IMG/VR virus record: IMGVR_UViG_3300028833_000058
Direction: 5' to 3' (one strand)
Source: a virus
Taxonomy: Duplodnaviria > Caudoviricetes
Length of the DNA: 64,000 nt
Of the stretch, positions 41,005 through 50,669 are shown piece after piece. The translations under genes were made by a program, and so were the position numbers. The notes under the pieces are model-generated. The model was not told the DNA's origin. It did not search any database and worked only from the letters and a program-made list of their open reading frames with translations. The stretch's first letter is position 1. The number at the start of each line of letters is the position of its first letter.

Positions 41005-42591
41005 ATGTCTATATTAACAAAGAAAATTGAGAATGAAGGTTTGGCTGCTAAAGCTCGTTCTCAGAAAATCAATGCAGGTTTAGCTCATGCAGCTACTGTA
41101 TTGCACGAATCCAGCTTAGGTCGTAGATGCCCTAACTTGGTAAAAATGATTGAATCAGAAGACCGTGACGCTCGTTATCAAGCTGCTACTATGGTTCAAT
41201 TAATGGAAAACACAGCTGATTACGTTCTCAATCAAGACCACGTACAGTTATTCACAGAAGCTGACGCTTATGGTAACACTGCTTCTACTTCTGCTGTATC
41301 ATTGTTAAGTCCTGGTGTAGCCAGCTTAACTCCTCGTGTTGTCGACATAGTTAACGTCTTCTACCCAATGATGATTGCAAATTATATTGCGGATATTCAA
41401 GCACTTGACAGACAATCTGGTCAAATTTTCGTAATTAAGACTCGTTACTCTCAAGACCAAGGTGAAGGTGCTACTGAAATTAAAGCTGGTGACATCGTAT
41501 TTGAAAAACCGACTGATGGTAACTACTCTTCTGAAATGATGAGCTGGGAAGCTAAAGAAATCGGTACTGGTACAATCACTTTAGCTGCTCGTTCTGATTT
41601 AGCTGCTGACGCTACTGTTAAAATCCGTGCTGGTTCTTTCATCGTTCGTATTGAAGGTAAAGAAGTTGCTCGTGACTATGGTAACGGTGCTGCTGATACT
41701 GAAGGCAAGAACGATGGTAACTATGGCATCTTCGGTCGTGGCGTTTCTGGTCACATCAATGCTCAAGATGGTTCTGGTGAAATTGTATTCGATACAACAA
41801 TCTTTGCTAGTGCTATTGCAGACGGTGTTAAAGTATCTCTCGAAGCTGCTTATGATACAGAAACTGACGTTGATTTGATTCGTAAGATTCAATTCGATAT
41901 TCCTAACCAACCGATTTTAGCTAAAGAACACCCATTAATGAGTTCTTACTCTGTTGCTGCTGGTTTGGTAATGAACGCTCACTTAGCTATTGATACTGAT
42001 GAATTGATTGCTAACCAATTAGCTGGTACAATTCGTTGGGAAAGAGATTTAACTTTGATTAAATTGTTAAATGACAGTGCTAAGTTAAATACTTCATTAA
42101 CATTCGACTGCTCTGGTAACGGTGAAAACTTAACATTACAACAAAGATATAGCTCTTATTCTACAGTTATCTCTTCAGCTCGTGGTTTAATCCAAGAGGC
42201 TGCTGGTCGTGGTACTGTTGAATGGATGGTTGTAAGTGCTACTCAGGGTCTTCCGATTGTAGAACAAATCGAAGGCTTCAAGGCTGCTCCTGAATCTAAA
42301 AAGCCAATTGGTCCGTACTTAGCTGGTACATTACGTGATGGCACAATCAGTGTTATCGCTGTTCCTTATACAGCTACATTACCTGCTGACCAAGTAATCT
42401 TTGGTTTCAAAGGTTTCCAACTTGGTGATAGTTCTGTAGTTTTGGCTGAGTGGGTTCCGTTGTACTTCACTCCAACCTTCCAAGCTCCGAACTTGAAGAA
42501 CCATCGTGGTGCTTTATCTTTCTACGATTTGTTCTTGAACAAGCCAGAATATATGGTTAAAGGTGCTATTGCTAACTTCAACCAACAGTAA
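41005..42591 (+). CDS. major capsid protein, T4 gp23-like
   Basis: ATG 41005 after AAGGAAA; LMEN...LFTE-A propeptide-like region, P..IA..IADIQAL...SGQIF.I.TRY, YAPYVPL-like AEWVPLY; strongly biased codon usage; tandem late-type motifs upstream; strong terminator. Confidence 0.88.
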   Translation: MSILTKKIENEGLAAKARSQKINAGLAHAATVLHESSLGRRCPNLVKMIESEDRDARYQAATMVQLMENTADYVLNQDHVQLFTEADAYGNTASTSAVSLLSPGVASLTPRVVDIVNVFYPMMIANYIADIQALDRQSGQIFVIKTRYSQDQGEGATEIKAGDIVFEKPTDGNYSSEMMSWEAKEIGTGTITLAARSDLAADATVKIRAGSFIVRIEGKEVARDYGNGAADTEGKNDGNYGIFGRGVSGHINAQDGSGEIVFDTTIFASAIADGVKVSLEAAYDTETDVDLIRKIQFDIPNQPILAKEHPLMSSYSVAAGLVMNAHLAIDTDELIANQLAGTIRWERDLTLIKLLNDSAKLNTSLTFDCSGNGENLTLQQRYSSYSTVISSARGLIQEAAGRGTVEWMVVSATQGLPIVEQIEGFKAAPESKKPIGPYLAGTLRDGTISVIAVPYTATLPADQVIFGFKGFQLGDSSVVLAEWVPLYFTPTFQAPNLKNHRGALSFYDLFLNKPEYMVKGAIANFNQQ

Positions 42592-42621
42592 TCTGAGCTT
42601 TAGAGCTTAAAGTACTAAAAA

Positions 42622-42657
42622 GTATCCCCTGAGTTATTTCTTGGGGGATATTTTTTT
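42622..42657 (+). terminator. intrinsic terminator of capsid gene
   Basis: GTATCCCCTGAG/CTTGGGGGATAT hairpin plus T tract. Confidence 0.85.
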
Positions 42658-42692
42658 GCTTGACATTATTTTTTATTTGTGATAATTATAAG

Positions 42693-42829
42693 CTAACATA
42701 AATGATATGGAAAGAAGATTTGATATAAATCATATATCATGATAGGTCTCCTTTTTTTGAGTTAGTTATGTTATTTGTAGTTTTAGAGGTAGTCCTGTGT
42801 ATGTCTTTATTATACAGGACTATTTTTTT
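42693..42829 (+). ncRNA. candidate sRNA 1
   Basis: TTGACA (42660-65)-17 nt-TAATTA promoter; 12-bp terminator stem 42790-42822 plus T7. Confidence 0.5.
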
Positions 42830-42940
42830 ATTCAATATATACGGTAAAACTTCTGAATGTTATCTTAGAGCATACTTTAAGAACGAAGCTTGTGGGTTAA
42901 GCTCGCTCTTAAATATACCCTATTTATATATGAAAGTGAG

Positions 42941-43037
42941 AGAGAGGTACCAGACTCTCTTGAGCAGCGGACTAAACTGCTACGTAAATGGTCAAACTAA
43001 TATTGTAACTGTGAAAGGGAGTTTTCAGTACCTCTCT
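42941..43037. ncRNA. candidate structured RNA (long closing helix plus inner hairpin)
   Basis: AGAGAGGTAC/GTACCTCTCT, AGACTCTCTT/AAGGGAGTTT (G-U pairs favour plus strand), AGCAG/CTGCT. Confidence 0.5.
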
Positions 43038-43141
43038 GCGATTCTGATGTATATATTAATATATCTTTAAAGTAAAGACATTTTTAAAAATTAATTGTAA
43101 AAAAGTACTTGACAATGATTATTTATATCTGTATAACTAAG

Positions 43142-43236
43142 CCCATAGTACATTTGGTTTAGTTGTTATTATAGTTGTTGGTGTTATTGACAGTGATGCT
43201 CATCTGATTTCCCATCCAATCAGATGAGTTTTTTTT
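43142..43236 (+). ncRNA. candidate sRNA 2 (GU-rich)
   Basis: AATTAATTGTAA upstream element plus TTGACA (43109-14)-17 nt-TATAAC; perfect 11-bp terminator 43199-43228 plus T8; no ORF. Confidence 0.6.
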
Positions 43237-43379
43237 GTCTAAAATTGAAGGATGAAAAGTGTGTATTTCCTATTAATAGAAAACACTAACTAAGTCATTG
43301 ATTTTACGTAATTCTCAAAATTTTGTGTTTCAATCGTTTTAAGAGCTATTTTTTGTCTAAAATGGTGTTAGATAGGCAT

Positions 43380-43498
43380 AAAAAAGCTCTGATTCCCCAT
43401 TAGGCATAATCAGAGCTTCATTTGATAACTGTTGTAAAAGAAATTGCCCCGTGCGCTGAAACAAACAAGGCAATCGATATACTTAACCAGTATAACAC
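43380..43498 (-). ncRNA. candidate sRNA 3 (convergent with sRNA 2)
   Basis: TTGACA (43531-26)-16 nt-TATAAA with TG; internal hairpin ATTGCCTTG/CGGGGCAAT; 11-bp terminator 43384-43418 plus T tract. Confidence 0.55.
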
Positions 43499-43644
43499 GA
43501 ATGTTTATATCATGTTTTTTTCATTTGTCAAGTAGTTTTTCATCAATGGTGCTCATAAAAGTAGTTCTATATAACAGATGAATTAACTGCGCTGGTTCAT
43601 CCGAATAGTTCTTATAAGCGTGTTTTAAATAAGGAATGATTGTT

Positions 43645-44022
43645 ATGGAAAGAATCGTTAAAGAATGTATCGCTGCTGGTATAGTAGTATCTGAAAAAGA
43701 CGAAGCAGGTAAACTCGTAAAAGAAATTGCTGCTACTGTTTATGAAGAGAAAATTATCAACGATGAATCTGCTTCTAGTTCTGCCGCTGAAGGTAAAAAA
43801 TCTGTTGTATTAAAATACAAAGATATGGCTTATGCAGAAGATATTGTTGCTCCTCTTGGCTTCGATGAAATTGCTGGTGACGCTGAATTAGTAGTTCCTG
43901 GTATCGGTGGCCATAAAGACGTTACATTAGCTGCACCTGTTGTTGTTAAATATTCAAAGACTAAATCTTTTGAACGTAATGGTAACACAGTTGTATTCGC
44001 TTCTTTACGTTATGATATGTAA
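43645..44022 (+). CDS. highly expressed late protein, possible capsid decoration/virion protein
   Basis: two late-type motifs upstream, AAGGA RBS, capsid-like codon bias, own terminator. Confidence 0.5.
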   Translation: MERIVKECIAAGIVVSEKDEAGKLVKEIAATVYEEKIINDESASSSAAEGKKSVVLKYKDMAYAEDIVAPLGFDEIAGDAELVVPGIGGHKDVTLAAPVVVKYSKTKSFERNGNTVVFASLRYDM

Positions 44023-44057
44023 TTAAACATATCACCCTTACTGTTTATTTAAATTGG

Positions 44058-44088
44058 ATACCCTCAGTCGAAAAACTGAGGGTATTTT
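44058..44088 (+). terminator. intrinsic terminator
   Basis: ATACCCTCAGT-CGAAAA-ACTGAGGGTAT plus T run. Confidence 0.85.
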
Positions 44089-44745
44089 GGTGCGAAGGAG
44101 AATATGAAGGAGAACAGAACGTGCTCTAAGGCGATTTAAAGACCCTACAGAGCATATCAAATGTTTTAAGCTAGGGGTGTAGCTTAAACAATAAATATAC
44201 GCTCTGTACTATGTGATTTTAGTCCTGTGTGTTTAATCAATCCAAACTGGGTTTACTATAGCTCCACACATTCTTTTCTTTATTTCTCTACATGCATCTG
44301 TACAATCACCAAAATATTGGTAAGGTTCAGTAAGAATCGGTCTACCATTTATTTCAACGTACCACATTGTTTTAACTCCTTTTATAAAATTATCTCCTTG
44401 TAACATCTTGATAAATAAGTACATCAAGATTTGGTCTTGGTTCAATATGAATACCCATTTGTCTTGGGTCACTAATTCTTCTAACTTTTCTCATTGTCTT
44501 TCTCCTTTAACTTACGTTACGAGCTACCAAAGTTCTAAAGAGCTCGGTCTTTGATATTCTTTTTATGGCACCAGCTTTAAGAAGTTTTTTCTTTTCAGCT
44601 TCACCAATGTTATAGTTACCTAATACATAACCAGTAGATAATTTATATCCCTTTATAAACGTACCTGCTTTAAAAGGTAAGGTATTCTTTACAGGTTTTT
44701 TAACTTCAAAATACTCATATTTAATCATTGTCTTTCTCCTTTCAT

Positions 44746-45078
44746 CTAATATTCCTCGGCCAGCATAACCGTGAGTACCCGATTGGTCTTGCTTGGGTCA
44801 GCTGGGTCTTCTGATGCGTATTCATAGTTTGTGTCATAGTAATCTATTTTAAAGAAGATTCTATTACCTTTGTAGTCGAATGCCCCAAAGTCATGCTGTT
44901 GATAAGGGTCATCACCTGGTTCAAAAGTATTAAACTGGGATACCATCTTCATAACTTCAGTAACATCAGCTGGTGGTAAAGCGTTTATCCCTTGGGTAAC
45001 CAATACTCTTCCACCTCTAAATGTTTTTCTAAAGTCATCGTTTAGCTTTCTTATGGCTTCTGTGTTACTCATCATCAT
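44746..45078 (-). CDS. DUF3768 family protein
   Basis: IRKLNDDFR...TQGI...DDPYQQHDFG...FFKIDYYD...SEDPADP..T.RVLTVMLAEEY. Confidence 0.88.
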   Translation of the reverse strand: MMMSNTEAIRKLNDDFRKTFRGGRVLVTQGINALPPADVTEVMKMVSQFNTFEPGDDPYQQHDFGAFDYKGNRIFFKIDYYDTNYEYASEDPADPSKTNRVLTVMLAEEY

Positions 45079-45708
45079 CTCCTTTTAAAGTATCTCTTCT
45101 AACTTATAGAGTTTAACACCTTTTGCTTTCTTGATATATTCAACCGTGAACTCATATTTACTTACGCAGCCGTATGAATTTACTTGATGTGCTGCTATGA
45201 TTACATCTGTAGGTGCAAATTGGTCAAAACAATCTACATCATCTACTAATGCAGCATCGACATCATAAAACTCACCATTGATTCTAATACCAGTGATTTC
45301 GTTTTTATGGTCGATAATCTTTTGTATAATGTTTTGCATGTCCTTTCTCCTTTGGTAATGTTACTCTAATTGTTCACTTACCCATCTTCCATTGAACTCT
45401 ACTGCTTCTGGTTCCTCACCATCTTCACAATCTGGATAGAAGTTAACGTAAGCACATAATCTTACACCCGTTGTATCATCGAACATGATTGTTGTATGAA
45501 TATGTTGATAGTCAATATCAGCTACACCAGAATCTGTTTCAGAGATTACAAAATCATCAAGAACATTAAGGTCATCTTTTAGAGAAGTTAATTTATTTTT
45601 AAACTCTTCTAAATTAGTGACCTTAAACATTCCTACTCTTCTGAGTTCAAATGTCAGTTCGTTAAGTTCTTGTCTAGCTTCTGATTCGTACTGCATCATC
45701 ATTCTCCT

Positions 45709-46320
45709 TTATTCGAATCTATCGTCATCGTAGCCAGCATCTTCAACGAATCTTATATCTTCAAGTTCATATCCAGCAGGAGCTTTATCAGTTACTTCTA
45801 GTAAATCACCTGCCCACATACCAACTGCATAAGAATCAGGATATTCAGTTCCATAATCACCACCGCCACGGCCATTACCAATTGCAGTAAGTAATGATAA
45901 CGGGTGAACAATCCAACCGTTGTTATTACATTTACTCATATAGAGGTCAAAGTCAAGATAACATTTGTGAGTATGGTTGACTAAAAACTTATGTGCATAA
46001 TTAAATTTACCTTTCATCTTCAACGGGGGTAAATCAACTTCGCCTTTTGGATAAATCTTTTTATAATCTATCCAATGAACATTCTTGAAATCTCCTTGTT
46101 CATCTGCATAATCACCACACCAAACCAATCTACCTTTATGGTTATATAATTCTTTTGTCATAGCGTCCATAAACTTATTACCAATCCAAGAATGTTCCAT
46201 AAGCTTTAAGCCGTTATAATCTTTGTAGTTATTGTAATTGTTACGTGAAGTAGAATATTGAGCATCAAAACGTCTAATCTCACCATCTTGTTCTAATGCT
46301 TGTCTGTAATATTGTCCCAT
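45709..46320 (-). CDS. conserved-looking early phage protein
   Basis: MGQYY...GLKLMEHSWIGN...WCGDYAD...HPLSLLTAIGNGRGGGDY; AAGGA RBS before 46320; early promoter at 46386. Confidence 0.7.
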   Translation of the reverse strand: MGQYYRQALEQDGEIRRFDAQYSTSRNNYNNYKDYNGLKLMEHSWIGNKFMDAMTKELYNHKGRLVWCGDYADEQGDFKNVHWIDYKKIYPKGEVDLPPLKMKGKFNYAHKFLVNHTHKCYLDFDLYMSKCNNNGWIVHPLSLLTAIGNGRGGGDYGTEYPDSYAVGMWAGDLLEVTDKAPAGYELEDIRFVEDAGYDDDRFE

Positions 46321-46513
46321 TGTCTTAATCCTTTCGTTTCTGTTGCTGTTGAATATGTTTATAATATACAAAGATTTCTTAAGAAAGTAAAGTCAGAATT
46401 TTACAATTAATTCGTTAAAGGGTCAAAAAAGAAATGGTGCCCTAGATAAGTAGCACCAGAGCACCATTTACATTTCAACAGATTACGAATTCATAATAAT
46501 ATGGACGACAATG

Positions 46514-49500
46514 TTAAACTTTCTTATTTGAAATCTTTTCTTTATTATCAATTAATTTTTTAAATATGTGTCGCATTAAATCATGGTTCAGTTCTTTGTC
46601 TGTGGCCCAGGACTTAATGTGAGCCTTAATATATTCCTTTTCTTCTACTGTTAAGTCTAAGTTTTCAATCTCCTTTTTCATCATTCCCTGTAGTTTCTCA
46701 GCGTTGGACGTAATGTCCTTCTCATTGATTGCGTCACCAGTCAGTTCAAATAACTCATCGAAGAATTGTTCCGTAACTTTATGATGACTGTTAATATATA
46801 TTTCTTTAAGTTCTTGTTCTGATTTCATATCCTTTCCTTCTGTTATTTTCTCCATTTCCTGGAACCTCTCTTGATGAGATGGTTCGCTTTTCTTACACTA
46901 ATTAATCTAAATGACATTTGTTTCTCCTTTCATATATGTTAAAGTTAATAATGTAGTCTCTTAAAAAAGTAAAGTCAAATTAGTACAATTATCACAACTG
47001 TTCTGATTTAGGCTGCACAATTTCAATGTTATAATATTTCATCAGTGAAAGAAAAGAAGATACAAACGCTTCGTTATTTTCACCAGAGAAATATCTAGGG
47101 TCATAATTCATATATTCAACGAATCTTACAATCCTATCTACTTCAAACGATTTGTCATCAGCATCAGGATGTTCACTGTAATATTTACTTCCTTCTGATT
47201 CAGGGTCATTAAAAATAAATAACTTGCCAGATTCTATTTGGCCGTATCTATTCATTTTAATTTTTAGCAGCATACCACCGTTGTTGTTATCCTGAGTGTC
47301 ATTAATCCACTTCATAACCTTTTCAGGCGTTGCTTTACCTTCAAACGGTACCTCATATTCTTTTCCGTTTAATAGATACCCTTTACTCAATCTTTCAGGA
47401 AATTTAATTCCCTCATCGCAATCACAGAAATAAGTGTTAACAAACATCATTATATCAAGTAACTGCATCTTACCAATTCCCCATTGGTTGTGATATGAAC
47501 CAACGTAAGTCTTCTTGACATCTTTACCAGTGTCATAATCACGTTGTGGTTTAGTTACCTCTATCACTAATTGTGTTCTTTGTCCCATTGTTATTCTCCT
47601 TCAATTATTTTTGTGATATCTGTTTTAACTTTTTTAAGCACATTCACTTTATCTTCAAGCGTAGGTGCTTTGATTATCCAAGATGTTGAACCACTGAACA
47701 CTACGTTGCTATGGTTACTTGAAAGATGTAATACAAGATAATCAGGGTCATTGTGTAACCAAAAATGTAACTTCATACCTCTATCATCACATCTTAAACC
47801 AAGTTCGCTTTCGTGGATGTAAGATTTGTTCTTATCAAAGTAAGCATAAATCTTGCTAAGCTTACTTATGTTACCAGTTTTCAATAAATCAAAACTCATT
47901 GAGCGATGGCGTTTGCAATATGTTTCAAGTTCTTGTGTCTTGTTTTCTTTTTCTTTTTCTAAACTATAAAGCTTAAGTCTTGCTTTTGATTCTTCACGCT
48001 CATACTTTTCAAAACGTGTTAATGGCTTTTTACTCATTGTCATTCTCCTTTCGTCAATCTGTTGAAATTATGATATCAAGAATCCCACTAAAAGTAAAGT
48101 GAGATTCTTACAATTAATTCCTAAGTCATTAAAATGGAATAATAAAATGATTTGTAATTAATTCAATGAGGTCATCTCCAAAGTTGACATCAAACTCATC
48201 ACATTTGAACTCATCATCCATGAGAACACCACCGTCTGAATCTAAAGTACACTCATCAATTTTATTACCATTCAAATCTTTGACTTCAACATGATAAATG
48301 TCTTCCTCGTCATTATCTCTATAACAAAAGACATTGTACGTTATCATTGTTTTAGTGTCATAGATTCTAAATTGAACCTCCTCTAAAGTAACTGTTTCAC
48401 GTTCAATGCTACCACAAGCCATTATCTTTAATCTATCGGACATTCTTCTTCTCCATTCAAATTGATTACATTACCTAATTGCTTTCCGTCTTTGTTATAT
48501 ACTTTTGATATACCACAAAACGTTAATGCAAAGTCCTCATTCCAAGTAGTACCGCAATCTGCACATTCGCAAGGATAGCTCATAACATCATCATTTAAGT
48601 CTGAGCTTCCATAATTGACCATACTTGAACCACATTTAGGACAAGTACATTCTTTAACTATCAATTTCTTTTTCATTTCCTTTCTCCTTTCTAAAACGGA
48701 TTTTTATATACGATTTTAAAATCCGTTAGTTTAAAACCATTTTCTAAAATCCAATTATTAGCGGTTGTTCTTGCACTGTATCCTTTCGGGATTTTAAAAC
48801 CGCAAACTATTTCACCTGTTTTTATATTTTTAAGCCAAAACTTCATTTTTCTTTATCCTTTCTCATCTGTTGAATCTTTTTGGTTGTATCAGTTATAAAC
48901 CCGTAAGTTGAGTTCCAAAAGATTCCCTCTTTGCTAATTACAACGACACAAGCTCCAACAGACCGTAACTTTTCAGCTCCTGCTTCTGTTATTGCTACAA
49001 TCTCATCATCAAGTAACTGTTCTTGTAAATACTGCATAGATGATATAGTTCTGTATTTGGTTTCATCATCAAAGATAGATTCATCATCTACCTCATTGCA
49101 ATCTAAATCACAAACTTCATCAGCATAGTATTTTCTTACAGCAACTACTTTACCTGATTGTTTATCAATGATTACTTCATCATCATCATTAAGATTAGCG
49201 TCATAACTACCAATGAACACACTGTTATTTTCGGTATATACTTCATCATAACCTAATGCACCAAATACTCTTGCTACTTCATCTACATCTTTAACTTTAA
49301 TGTAGTCATTTGATGCCACTGAAAATACATAATTAGCCATTGTTATTCTCCTTTGTTTTCTTGTTCTTCTATTACGTCTTTAATCAAATCATCAAAGACA
49401 CAATCCATAGTATTATACAAATCACCGTAATCAGAAAAGTCTAATCTATCAATGACTTCTTGTGCGATATTATTTATCTCATCATCTGTCATCTTTATAT

Positions 49501-49871
49501 CATACTTATTATTACGTTCTATTATACGAATTTTTACATCATCAGTAGACCAAACCCATATCTGTTTATTGAGTTCATCTGCTAAATCGTGTAAAGTGAT
49601 ACCATAAGTATTCATAGCATCAATAATCTCTTTTAGTTTCTCGTTTTTAGTCATCTTCAATCTCCTTTACTAAATCAACACCAAGGCTCAACGTGTGTCT
49701 TGCTCCGCAGTGTGGACATTTAAATTCAAAAGTTTTTGTAAATAAGTTTATGTACAAATCATCATTTATACGAAACACAAACTCTTGCTTACATCTTTGA
49801 CACTTTACAGTAATCTCAGATGTTACAAGTGCTAAAGCTCCATAGTTTATTTCTTCTGCTTTCTTACTCAC
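46514..49871 (-). CDS. run of early hypothetical genes incl. zinc-ribbon proteins 48428..48676 and 49647..49871 and a 51-aa ORF 48691..48846
   Basis: AAAGGAGA RBSs, early promoters at 46968 and 48093; CxxC pairs. Confidence 0.6.
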
Positions 49872-49882
49872 GATTAGTCCTC

Positions 49883-50575
49883 CTAAGATTCTTCACAATA
49901 GTCTTCGTAGTCATAACCCCAAACTTCACAAGCAAACTTTCTAGGGTTATCAATAGCTACTTCTTCAACTTCTCCATTTTCAAAGCGTAAGATACCACAG
50001 TTACTACCAATGTCTTCATCAGCGTAGGTTACTTCAATGACTTCGTTTGGTAACGCTTCAGAAAGTTTGATATACACAGGTGAAGGTATAGACCAAGCTG
50101 TTTGAAATTCTATAACATTACCATCAATGTTTGTACTAGAAGCATTCCATTTCGTTCCCCAATTCTCTAAAGCCCAGTTATACCAATTTATTGAACCATA
50201 ACGTTTTAAATTGAAGTAACCAGCTATGTAGGTACGAATATGTGAAATGTTTGTATTAGAAAAATTTTTCAACTTACAAATAGCTTTTACAACTAATTCG
50301 TTTTTCATAATTTTGTCAACGAATTTTACCTGTGTTGTTTTTTCATTATAACACTTTTCAAATTCTTTGATTATAACTAATTCACATACATCTTTTTCTG
50401 AATGTAATCCTTCGTATTCTATGTTTGAATAATCACAAAAACCAGCATCAATGTCAAGGTCTTTTGGTCTAGGTACAATTTTATTGAAATCTACATTACC
50501 TTCTTCATTTACAAGTAAATTCATCAATTCACTCATATTAGAGCAAGTTACTCTGTTTATAACCCAATTTGGCAT
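49883..50575 (-). CDS. DUF1281/YubB ferredoxin-like domain protein
   Basis: MPNWV...DFNKIVPRP...WYNWALENWGTKWNA...FQTAWS.P...YADED.G. Confidence 0.85.
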   Translation of the reverse strand: MPNWVINRVTCSNMSELMNLLVNEEGNVDFNKIVPRPKDLDIDAGFCDYSNIEYEGLHSEKDVCELVIIKEFEKCYNEKTTQVKFVDKIMKNELVVKAICKLKNFSNTNISHIRTYIAGYFNLKRYGSINWYNWALENWGTKWNASSTNIDGNVIEFQTAWSIPSPVYIKLSEALPNEVIEVTYADEDIGSNCGILRFENGEVEEVAIDNPRKFACEVWGYDYEDYCEES

Positions 50576-50669
50576 TGCCGTTCTCCTTTCGTCAATCTGT
50601 TGATTTATAAATTATAACTCACCTTACCATAGAAGTAAAGTGAGTTAATTACAATTAATTCTGTATAGG

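Noticed and set aside
42768-43070. 100-aa plus-strand ORF after the capsid gene
   Set aside because: No RBS, runs through a terminator and hairpins, atypical composition
48690-48846. Hairpin-rich gap that looked like an ncRNA
   Set aside because: Filled by a 51-aa ORF (MKFWLKNIKTGE...NPF) coupled to the upstream stop
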